Shown here piece after piece: positions 52,901 to 62,741 of a stretch of 64,000 nucleotides of DNA. The stretch comes from Marsupella aquatica (Eukaryota > Plantae > Marchantiophyta). The stretch lies in contig OZ316892.1 of NCBI GenBank assembly GCA_973895155.1, positions 28,110,307 to 28,174,306 of the forward strand. Direction: 5' to 3'. Under the pieces are notes generated by a model, which saw only the letters and a program-made list of their open reading frames with translations, did not search any database and was not told the origin of the DNA. A program made the translations under genes and the position numbers. Position 1 is the first letter of the stretch, and each line of letters starts with the position of its first letter.

Positions 52901-54431
52901 AGTAAAGACCAATAGGAGACCTCGATAGGATGCGCCAAGATAAGCTGCATGAGTTGCAACAAGGATGACCGAACTAATGGGCGCAACGCTAGTGGGATGT
53001 GGTTATAAAGGCGAGGTCTAATGTACCCTGGATGGTAGGCTGGAAGGGGGTCTAGAGAGCGAACCCAACTCCATGCCTGCTCGGAAGCCTCCAAGGAAGG
53101 AGGGGCAGAGCTAACTGGGTCAAGAGGGGGCTGGGGCTGGGATTGGGCTCGCTGGCGACGTTGGCACCGGCCCCACCCGCGGTGATGAGGAAGGGAGAGG
53201 CCAACCCAGCCACACTCAGGACAAGTATGCAGGGGACGCTCGTCTGGGGAGGGAGCAGGGAACGACTGGACAGGAGGTGGGGGGGGGAACCGACGTGGAT
53301 GAAGAGGCCGGAGGGGGATGCTGGAGGGGTGGAGGGGGAATGGGCTGGGGAGAGGAGCCAGGGCGTCGATGGGGTGGGCAGTAGACTGGGGGGACTGGTA
53401 GAACATCGGGCATGGGGTCATCACGAAGATGAGAGAGATCCAATGAAGAAGAGCAAACACGAAGGCGACCACGAGGCGGGGGGGAGGAGGGGGGAGAACT
53501 GTGTGGGGGGGCTGGGCGCTTGCCCCGTGCCAACACTCTCAACGTAGACATGACAGGTCGCAACCCGATAAAAGCAAAAGCGCATCAAGAAGCGACAAAA
53601 GGCCCAACCAAGACATGTGAAAAGAAAGGGAAGGCTATGGAGAGAGCCCACCGCGTCAAAATCCGAGAAGCGGCGCCACCGCTAGCCTAGAAAACCGTTG
53701 AGCACGTGCAGGCACAGCCGGGAACAAAGCTGGAGCTCTCGTCGATGTGTCCGTTGAGGAGTCGATGCGAGTGAATATCTCTCCGCTGATTTGAGCGTGC
53801 TGCTACAGCTCCCAAAGATGGTGGAATGCAAGCTGGTCCACAAAAGGACCGCGGTAGGGATAGATGTTGCACTCCCGGACAAGAGCTGGCCAAATCACAT
53901 GAGAATGCCGGATTCCGTGAACGAGGAACTGCTACAGGACCCTAAAGCTAATTGAAAGTGAGAACGGTGGAAATTGAAGAAAAAACGTGAGAGCTAATCA
54001 AACTCCAATCGGGGCAATAGGAGACCAATTGGACCGCTCTTGGGATCAATCTGATGCTCCCGGAGAAGAGCTATACAAAGCACTTGAGAAATCTGAAATC
54101 CGTGAAAGATTGACCGAGATATGACCGTCGAAAGGAAGACGAAAATCGCAGAAAAACGACTGAAAAACGGCGAAAACGAATGTGACCATAAGTATGTCGA
54201 TACGGCATCGTTTTGGACGTGTTTTATATCGATTTGATGCGCCTCGGCAAGAGCAAGCTAATGCAACTGAGAAAACTGGATTCCGAGAAAAACTGAGTGC
54301 GGGAGGATAATCGAAGTGGCGCGAAAACTGTGCTATAGTCTGAACTCCATAGCCAGGAGCTCAAAGACCTCAGACCTAATACCATCAGACCTACATCCGA
54401 TAGTGCAGAGCTTCAACATTAAACATTAAAC
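49904..54431 (-). mobile_element. Near full-length CRE-clade non-LTR retrotransposon (restriction-like endonuclease) with 11-bp TSD GGATGTTTAAT
   Basis: TSD at 49893-49903 and 54432-54442; A-rich 3' tail at the left end; single RT-RLE reading frame; ~950-bp 5' region. Confidence 0.92.
50155..53472 (-). pseudogene. Disabled zinc finger-RT-CCHC-RLE ORF of the CRE-like element
   Basis: CPECG..HH zinc finger; RT motifs VRPIAIGE, VDVSNAFN, GTHQGDPLG, LSDD, GLRVLGSPVG; CTCG..HLLRC, HDAVRD, RVDL..ADV, KEAKY endonuclease; frameshifts near 52175 and 51550, TGA at 51837-51839. Confidence 0.92.
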
Positions 54432-54630
54432 GGATGTTTAATGTTTTCCAAAACAACAGCTGTTCAATAAGAGCTGTTAGCCTCATATACTTTTGACAGC
54501 GTTCATAAAGAGTAGGCTTCACCTGTATTCAAAGGGGATGTTTACTATTTTCCAAAACAACAGCTGTTCAATAGCCTCATAAGCTTTTGACAAGTGTTAT
54601 AAAAATAGGATTCAACATTATTCAAAGAGA
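54432..54630. repeat. ~105-bp minisatellite, right half
   Basis: The same unit resumes in phase after the element; period 104. Confidence 0.9.
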
Positions 54631-55964
54631 TAGCCCTTATCAGCCTAAATGTAAAATACTCAGAATTCTTGGAGCTCAATGATCAAATAAAAAATATCTC
54701 CTTGGCTAGATTTGTCAAAGACAATCTGTCATGAAGCTTACATAGTAGATCCTATGTTCTAGTCTGTGCTGCCCAGATGCACAATCTTGAATATCTGGTT
54801 ACAATTGTGAAATGAATTGCTTGTCATATGATTTCCCACAGAAACATTTGGTTGTTTGGATGGCTGCCTCATTCTTTTATAAAGATTGGGATCCTTATTG
54901 GCAAGTTTGCTCTCCCAATCTATACCATTGTCAACTAAAGAATCTAGGCTCTGGTCTCTGTTATGCTGCTGTTCAGATCCAATAGCTCTGAAGTACTTGG
55001 AATATTCAACTTCTGAGACACTCAGATTAGATCTCACTGGAAACCTGTAAGGACATAGAACTTGAGAAAGAAAAGTGGAACTAGACTATTTTGCAGTTCG
55101 CGTTGCATCGAGACGAGAGAGGAATCATGCATGGCACAGGGCAGATTGCCTCTCAAGCTGATTTAGCTTTGTAGGTTGACTCCGGCAAAATGTCACCAAA
55201 TAGCTATCAAGTGGAGAAAATCTGATGTAAATGATGTAGGATCCAAATCCCAAATCACAAACTTCACAGGATAACCATCAGCTGGGAAGCAGACTCAACC
55301 TGGTACTTTTGATGGAATTAGAAGAAAAACTTCCCATCAGCTGCTTACAGGAGGTTCTGATTATAAATCCAGGAAATCAAACTATCAGAAAATGATTCAC
55401 TCCAGGCTGGTTGGTATATGATCTGATTACAAGACCTGGGACTTACTGAGGGTTTGCACTTAGGGAGGGACACGGAATAAAAGACATTGAAAAAGGAAAA
55501 GAAAGAAAGAAAAAGAGAGTTGATTACTAGAACTAAATCTCAATTTGCAGTTCTGGAAACTTGCACGCTCTCCACAAGTGCAGAAGACCTGGGAATCAAC
55601 CCAGGGTTTGCACTTAGGGAGGGACTATTGAAGCCAATACATGATAGGGAGGCAAGACGCTTTTATTTGAGAGAGAGATCAACTATAGCTAACTCTCTTT
55701 AAAGTGCAAACCCATGTGTACTAAGCAAGTTTTGGTGTCTTTTGAAAAGAGCAAACCCCCTTAAAATTTGCACTTATCTATAAGTGTCCCTGTTGCTAGT
55801 AGGAGTCTGGTGGCTAGTTACAAATTGTGCATCTTTTCCAGTTTGGGTGTCCCAGTTCCTTTAGCAAATGTTTGACTCTCCTAAAAAATAATGTGCAATA
55901 ATAATCACATTACTAATAAATGGATCCCTGGTCTTAGTAGAGTATAAAATGCAATTATGGAGGA

Positions 55965-56375
55965 TTTCGCACTTATGAAGTAATCTTTTAGTGAAATGAT
56001 TCTAGGTCTGTTGGCGCTGTAAAACAGGTGCAAAAAACTAAGTGCACTTAGTTTCTTAGTAAAAGTACCAAATGCACTTATCAAGGACCTTGCACCTCTA
56101 AAAGTATGGGTTTAGCAAAATGATTTTAAGGCCGCTTTAAAACAGGAGCGAAAAAAACGAGGCGCACGCATTTTCTTAGTAAAGTACAAAATGCACTCAT
56201 CAAAGGAATTTGCACTTATAAAACTATTGGTTTAGCGAAATGATTTACGGCCTGATTACGCTTTGAACAGGTGCAAAACAAGTGCAAAGTCCGTGTAAAG
56301 TAAAAGGGTTAACACTAAACCAGTTTTCGCGTTGCACTAAACCAGTTTTCGCGTTGCACTAAACCAGTTTTCGCC
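55965..56375. repeat. ~122-bp tandem repeat x~2.7 followed by 22-bp repeat x3
   Basis: gcactta...ttag.gaaatgatt...aacagg.gc.aaa units at ~55966, 56090 and 56210; cactaaaccagttttcgcgttg from 56313. Confidence 0.8.
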
Positions 56376-56500
56376 CTCTGAGTTTGCGCTTAGAAAGAAG
56401 CGACATTTTGCAGTCGCGTTGCATCGAGGCGCGAAGGGAATCATGGCAGAGCGCAGATTGCGTATCGAGCTGATTCAGCTTCGTAGGTCGACTCGAGCTC

Positions 56501-56503
<3 letters not shown>

Positions 56504-56537
<34 letters not shown>
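56504..56537. repeat. (GA)~17 microsatellite upstream of the F-box gene (potential BPC/GAGA site)
   Basis: Dinucleotide run seen directly, ~350 bp before the ATG. Confidence 0.9.
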
Positions 56538-56541
<4 letters not shown>

Positions 56542-56886
56542 AGGGAGAAGAGCGAGAGAGAACAGAAGTGAATTCTTCAATTCGAACAGTTCTGCATTGT
56601 TGCAATTTTCTGGAATCGAGTAGAGGCGATGATTTTTCCTCTACCTCGAGTGAGCGCTTTCCCAATGCGAATTGTCACATTGGAGTGTTTTGCTAATGCT
56701 GGCAGCAAACACCGGTGGCATAAGCATCACGGCATTACTAGGTTTGAGCAGGCATAGCCGTTTCTGCAACTGAGGCACCACTTCGGCTCTTGTTCCTCCT
56801 TGAATTGAAGAAGCTGGAAGGAGCCATCAGCAATATTACTGGAGCCGTCGGAGGCTGCATTCCTTTAGTTCCAATCGTTCACTGGC

Positions 56887-58278
56887 ATGGCTCCGTCCGG
56901 GTCGGAGGGGAGCTCTTGTGGAGAAGGTGAATGTCCTGAACGTGAGTTCTATTCAGGGGAAACGGCCTTGCCGAAATGCTCTGCTGCAAATTCCAAGCGT
57001 GCGAGGCAATCCGAGGACGATGAAGAGCTCTGTGATCGAAGCATAAAGTTGGATGATTGCATTTCGGTTACCTTGCATGAGTATGTACTGGAGAAGATTA
57101 TCGTCAGGCTGCCATTCAAATCCCTCTTCAGGGCTGCATTACTCTCCAAATCATGGAAGCTGAGGTTCAGCTCTGAGTCATTTCAGAGTGAGGTACAAAG
57201 CTTAACCGCTCCCTCTTGGAAGTCTTATGCTCCCCTGTACGTGAACCACAAGAAGGATTTGGTCGGGTATGAAAGCAGTTCAGAAAGATGGCACGTTCTT
57301 CCAAACCACTCGTATCTGTGGTATGTAGCTCGTGATGTGGTCGAACACTGGTGCCTTAAAGCTGGAGCTGGATCTCTTTTGTGTTGGACGAAAGCTGCTT
57401 CGTTCGACAATGGCAGCCCTGATCTTTATCGTCGCACTATTGAATACAACGTCCAGGTCACAAATCCATTGACAAGAACTTGGAGACAATTGCCACGTCG
57501 CAGCATCATGAAACAGCCTCACCTTTTGCATGTGGTTTGTGATGGGACTGAAGCTTACAAGGTGATGCTAGTCACACTTAGGCCTAAAATCGTTGTGCAG
57601 ATTTTTGACTCTACCGACAGCTCTTGGACCTTGGACTCCCACGATACGACTTTTAAATCGGAGTGGGGTGGCATTGTCTTCGTAGATGGTGTTCTCTACA
57701 TGATTTTCCTCTCAACGTTAAGAATGCGTGTTGGATACACATTGATTTCTTTTGATGTGGAGCACAATCTTTGGACGGAAATGCCTCTCGTATGCGTCTT
57801 TGACGCGGACCTCCTATCTCGTCTAGAAATGGTGTTCCATGATGTTCGTTTCTCCGAGATTATCGTCTGTGGGTCCAAGGTAATGCTGGTGGTGGCTCAT
57901 AGAGACAAACTGAGCATGATGGAATTCGATTTTGATGCCGCCAGTGATGATGAGCAAGATATCAGGGATTTGGAGACGATCTCGGTGTTTCAATTAGAAC
58001 TGGACTGCGGCGTGGCTGTTGAGGCGTCGAGAGTCCCAAACGAAATGGCCGGTGTTGCTAATGTTTGCAGTGCGTCTGGTCATGGCGATTTTATATACAT
58101 TGGTGGTCATTTGCCCTCCAGCCCGTTAATTGTCTACAATGTAGAGACTGAAGAGTGGCATTGGGTTAATTCTGCAACAGACAGGCTGAAAACAACATTT
58201 CCTGATACTGACATGAGTGAGTGGTTGTGGACACCTATCACATACCAGCCTGGAGTGAATACTTTTCTGAAAGTTTGA
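56887..58278 (+). CDS. F-box protein with kelch-like/FBA-type C-terminal propeller, single exon, 463 aa
   Basis: F-box motif LHEYVLEKIIVRLPFKSLFRAALLSKSWK; VTNPLTRTWRQLP, QIFDSTDSSW, VFVDGVLY; uninterrupted ORF. Confidence 0.92.
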   Translation: MAPSGSEGSSCGEGECPEREFYSGETALPKCSAANSKRARQSEDDEELCDRSIKLDDCISVTLHEYVLEKIIVRLPFKSLFRAALLSKSWKLRFSSESFQSEVQSLTAPSWKSYAPLYVNHKKDLVGYESSSERWHVLPNHSYLWYVARDVVEHWCLKAGAGSLLCWTKAASFDNGSPDLYRRTIEYNVQVTNPLTRTWRQLPRRSIMKQPHLLHVVCDGTEAYKVMLVTLRPKIVVQIFDSTDSSWTLDSHDTTFKSEWGGIVFVDGVLYMIFLSTLRMRVGYTLISFDVEHNLWTEMPLVCVFDADLLSRLEMVFHDVRFSEIIVCGSKVMLVVAHRDKLSMMEFDFDAASDDEQDIRDLETISVFQLELDCGVAVEASRVPNEMAGVANVCSASGHGDFIYIGGHLPSSPLIVYNVETEEWHWVNSATDRLKTTFPDTDMSEWLWTPITYQPGVNTFLKV

Positions 58279-59206
58279 TTTCTGGATTTATGATCAGAAC
58301 ATCCTGGACGCAGCTGATGGAAAGTTTTCTTCTAAACCCATCAGAAGTACCAGGTTGAGTCTGCGTTGCAGCTGATGGTTATCCGGTGAATTTTGTAACT
58401 TGTTGTGAATCCGACGTCGTTTTCCCCAGATTATAGTGGATACTTTTTTGCACTTGGTGGTGATGTAGTGACATTTTGTAACTTAAGTTTGCATTCTGCC
58501 TCATTACCTCAGATTTTGAGGTGGAGAATATGAAATCATATTCTTGCCAAAAGGAAGGATTTACAGTCTCTGCCTGAAGGACTCCTTCCTTTTGGCTAGA
58601 ACAGACTAATCTAGTCTGTACGCACACGTTTTTCACCCTGTGAAATGTACAGTTGGAGCGATTCGACCATCTTCAGGACCGAAGCTCATTAATCTACAGC
58701 GTAACTTGTCAATGGTGTAATCTTTCTGGGACGTAATCGGTTGAACAGTCACGTTATCCGATTGCAATTTATTTAATCGATTTGGAACTCACGTTTCGCC
58801 ACCAGGGATCTTGTTGGGCTCCAATCAGATGTGCGAGCGAATTGCATAGGGGAATTAGGTTTATGTGTGTTGCCCCCCTCTATCCTTGCAGATAACTTCT
58901 AGAACGACGGCCAAGACCCCTCAGTATGACACTTTTCTGAGCAGAGGTCTTAGAAGCAGAATTTGTCAACACCGTTTAGTTTCTGAATATTTTTGAATCA
59001 GTCACTTAGTAGAAGTCTGGAGGCAAACATCACAAAGAAACGGACCAAAAATTGTACCTCAGTCCATGGAGATTTGAAGAACACATCCCTAAACCCGTGT
59101 GACTCCCCATCAAATGAGAATGAGGTTGCCTACGACGCCGAATTACATAGAACAATAATCCAGCAGTTCAATTGTGTGCTACTTCAATTGTAAGCCGTAG
59201 GGCATT

Positions 59207-60117
59207 CTACGATTTCACTTGCGGCCATTCCGTGACATCAACAATAATCCTCCCCTTCGCTCTACGCATCCAAGTCATTCTTGCACTGAAGGAAATGCAA
59301 GGCATGTAGTCCTCCACCTAGAAAGCTCGGCAATAGCCATCTCGACAACATGTTCAAGAAACCCATCAAGCAATCTTCTGCCGCAGCAACCTGGACGAAG
59401 TGGGCCTCTTTGCGCCGAAAAGGGTCAGGAGCCTTGTACAGGTCCTGTGGCTTTGAAACATTGTCGACAACCAAGTCAAAGACTTGTCCGCTCGACAACA
59501 GCGTTTGTGCAACATTGCAGGTCGTATAATCGATGACATCCATTGCCCCGAGGCTTTTACACAGCTTAATGTTGGCGGCTGAGCACGAGACCACGAATTG
59601 GCAATCGAGAATTTTGGCAAGCTGGATGCTGAACGTGCCAACACCTCCAGAGCCACCATTGATGAAAACAAGGCTACCTTGTTTGACATACGGAGCTAAG
59701 CTCGGGTAAGCCGTGAGTGAGGCAGAGCCGATGGCACCTGCTTGGTCGACGTCGGCGTCGTTAGGCAAGGATGCAACGCCGGATCGAGGCTCTTTGATGA
59801 ATTGGCCGAGCGTACCGAATTGGTATGCCAAGTCAAGGCGGCCAAAGACGAGCTGACCTTGTTAGAGAGGTTCGTGTTTAGGATCTTCTTTATGCCCTCT
59901 GCCTGGGAAACTACCCGACCACAAAAGACGAGTCCAGCAGATGCGGGTATTGGAATGAGAAATCTCAGTACAATTGGTCATAGAAGTTCGGGAAGCTAGA
60001 GTCGGCGGGTACCTCGATCAAGACGTCATGAGAGCCAGGAGGGGGAGGTTGCGGTGGATTCTGCATTGTTCAGTCGAAGGTTGTCAAGGCCACCTTCCCA
60101 CACTGCCATGCCTTCAT
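59207..60117 (-). pseudogene. MDR-family NAD(P)-dependent oxidoreductase pseudogene (RTN4IP1/quinone reductase-like), fungal-like
   Basis: Across frameshifts: MKAWQ..GGLDNLRLN..DVLIEV..PASAGLVFCGRVV..GQLVFGRLD..QFGTLGQF..LTAY..VFINGGSGGVGTFSIQLAK..CKSLGAMDVIDY..FDLVVDNV..LPSFLGGG..RAKGRIIVDV; no introns evident. Confidence 0.88.
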
Positions 60118-60839
60118 TGTTGCTGGGAGCGAATTGCTTGTCGCTGCTGCCAAGATGACTTCTCTGCAGAGCTTTCGAATCTGTACTTCAGTACTGGAAT
60201 TTCTGGGCAAATTCACTTCCTCTGACGAACCACCCAATTTTGCAGATCACACATATGGACTGACGCTCGACGTCCAACCATCCGCTACGTAGCACTAGCA
60301 ATCCGGTCTCCATTGTACCTCGTTTAGAGAAACGATGCTTTCCCGTTCCCGTCAGCCGGATCGAATTCAGAATTCTCCTGGCCATCTTCTCGTGGAGCTG
60401 CTACCGATCTCCTCAGCTTCAGATAGACCAAATGTGACATCGGGACATCTAAATCAGATGAGCATAAATGTGAGTGCAAACCAGGGGATCCGGTCGCTTT
60501 TCTGATTCGCTCGGTATCATCTCCATTGTTCTCCCTGCCCTTTCCTACTCGTCTGGAGCACTCAAAACTCAGCTCCTCGTTACAACCTTCACATTATAGG
60601 GCTCCGCTGAAATAGCCTCTCAAACAAGTGAATTCCTGCGATTGCTTTCCCACCCGAACAACCAGGACCAATAATTACTGCCGAGGGGATCATAACCTGA
60701 CATCTGTATGCGGTTTGCGTGACCCAAAGCAACACTCAACAATGCGACAATGTTCAAATTATGTCCACACGAGATCGCAACATGTGTTGGATAGTGCGTA
60801 AATCCAATTCTCCCTGCCCTTCAATCCTTTTCTCAGTGG

Positions 60840-61095
60840 CATTGTAAATTTCAGTCTTCAACTCAATCTGGGTCGCTTTGTAAATTTCATGAACACCAAT
60901 ATTCTTCATTTTCCAACTCTGGGTCGCGTCGTAAATTTGGTGAACACCATCAGTCTGGGTCGCTTTGTAAATTTCATGAACACCAATATTCTTCATATTC
61001 CAACTCTGGGTCGCGTCGTAAGTTTGGTGAACACCATCAGTCTTCAATCCAACTCGGCATTGTAAATTTGGTGAACACCATCAGTCTTCAATTCA
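60840..61095. repeat. Minisatellite of alternating 51- and 36-bp units (87-bp dimer)
   Basis: tctgggtcgc anchors at 60867, 60918, 60954 and 61005. Confidence 0.88.
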
Positions 61096-61210
61096 ATTCT
61101 GGACAAGAACACCAGATATCTGGACAAGAACACCAGATAACATCTTGAACTGATTATAATCATGTGGGACAAATCTTGATGTCCGAACCAAAACCCACGG
61201 ACAGGATAGA

Positions 61211-62540
61211 TCAGCAGCATAACCCAATTGTCATGCCCCTAAATCCAAATCCTAGAGAGAAGGGTTCTTCAACCGAAACGAATCCTTCTCTTCACAGCTT
61301 CACAGCTTCATTGCTCTTGTCTCGAGTACTTCATCTGTGTACTAGAAATTCGGCAGCAGCATAAAACAATTGTTGATGCTCCTAACCCAAATCCGAGAGA
61401 GAGGTTCAACTAAAACGAATCCTTCTCTTCAAAGCTTCATTGCTCTTCCTCTCGAGTACTTCATCTGTGTACCAAAACTTCAGCAGCAGCATAAACCAAT
61501 TGTGATGCCCCTAAAACCCAAATCCTAGAGAGAGGGTTAAACTAAAGCTTCACGAATCCGTCTCTTAACAGCTTCAATTCTCTTCGTCTCGAGTACTACT
61601 TCATCTGTGTACCATAAATTCGGCATAAACCACACTCAAATCCTAGAGAGAAAGGCTCAACTAAAGCTTCACGAATCCTTCTCTTCACAACTCCATTGCT
61701 CTTCGTCTCGAGTACTTCATCTGTGTACCAAAACTTCAGCAGCAGCATAACCAATTGTGATGCCCCTAAAACCCAAATCCTAGAGAGAAGGGTTCAACTA
61801 AAGCTTCACGAATCCTTCTCTTAACAGTTTAATTGCTCTTCGTCTCGAGTACTACTTCATCTATGTACCACAAATTCGGCATAAACCAAACTCAAATCCT
61901 AGAGAGAAAGGCTCAACTAAAGCTCCACGAATCCTTCTCTTCACAACTTCATTGCTGTTCGTCTCGAGAACTTCATCTGTGTACCAAAACTTCAGCAGCA
62001 GCATAAACCAATTGTGATGCCCCTAAAACCCAAATCCTAGAGAGAAGGGTTCAACTAAAGCTTCACGAATCCTTCTCTTAACAGCTTCATTGCTCTTCGT
62101 CTCGAGTACTACTTCATCTGTGTAACAGAAATTCGGCATAAACCAATTGTGATGCCCCCACACCCAAATCCTAGAGAGAAAGGCTCAGCTAAAGCTTCAC
62201 GAATCCTTCTCTTCACAACTCCGTTGCTCTTCGTCTCGAGTACTTCATCTGTGTACCAAAACTTCAGTAGCAGCATAAACTAATTGTGATAAACCCTAAA
62301 CCCCAAATTCTAGAGAGGAGGGTTCAACTAAGGCTTCACGAATCCTTCTTTGACAGCTTCAATGGCTCTTCGTCTCGAGTACTACTTCATCTGTGTACCA
62401 CAAATTCGGCATGAACCAATTGTGATGCCCCTACACCCAAATCCTAGACAGAAAGGCTCAACTAAAGCTTCATGAATCCTTCTCTTCACTGCTTCATTGC
62501 TCTTCGACTCGAGTACTTCATCTGTGTACCAAAAATTCGG
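61211..62540. repeat. Satellite array, 10 monomers of ~118-142 bp with A/B dimeric higher-order structure
   Basis: caaatcctagagag anchors at about 61245, 61387, 61518, 61636, 61773, 61892, 62030, 62164, 62303 and 62437; every unit carries ctcgag. Confidence 0.95.
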
Positions 62541-62667
62541 CAGGGCCAAAAGTAAAGCGTTTGCTTGCTCTGCACACCGAAAGCAAATTCGCAAGACAGA
62601 AATGGATCTCTTGCTCTGCATACCGAAAGCAATTCGCAAGATAGAAATGGGAGGAAAAGAGTTTCTT

Positions 62668-62741
62668 CGCTAGATGGAGGGGTCGAACCTCCGACCTTGC
62701 GGTTAACAGCCGCACGCTCTAACCAACTGAGCTAATCCAGC
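62668..62741 (-). tRNA. tRNA-Asn(GUU)
   Basis: GCTGGATTAGCTCAGTTGGTTAGAGCGTGCGGCTGTTAACCGCAAGGTCGGAGGTTCGACCCCTCCATCTAGCG; full cloverleaf, AT-rich upstream box, TTTT downstream. Confidence 0.97.

Noticed and set aside
50328-53893. Multiple overlapping alternative-frame and antisense ORFs within the retrotransposon
   Set aside because: Shadow ORFs of GC-rich coding sequence; all recognisable motifs fall in one broken minus-strand frame.
60754-61047. 97-aa ORF with 29-aa repeats
   Set aside because: Explained by the 87-bp minisatellite whose units are multiples of three; non-ATG start and no recognisable homology.
61211-62540. CRISPR-like array
   Set aside because: Whole units repeat with no unique spacers, there are no cas genes, and the context is eukaryotic; it is a satellite.
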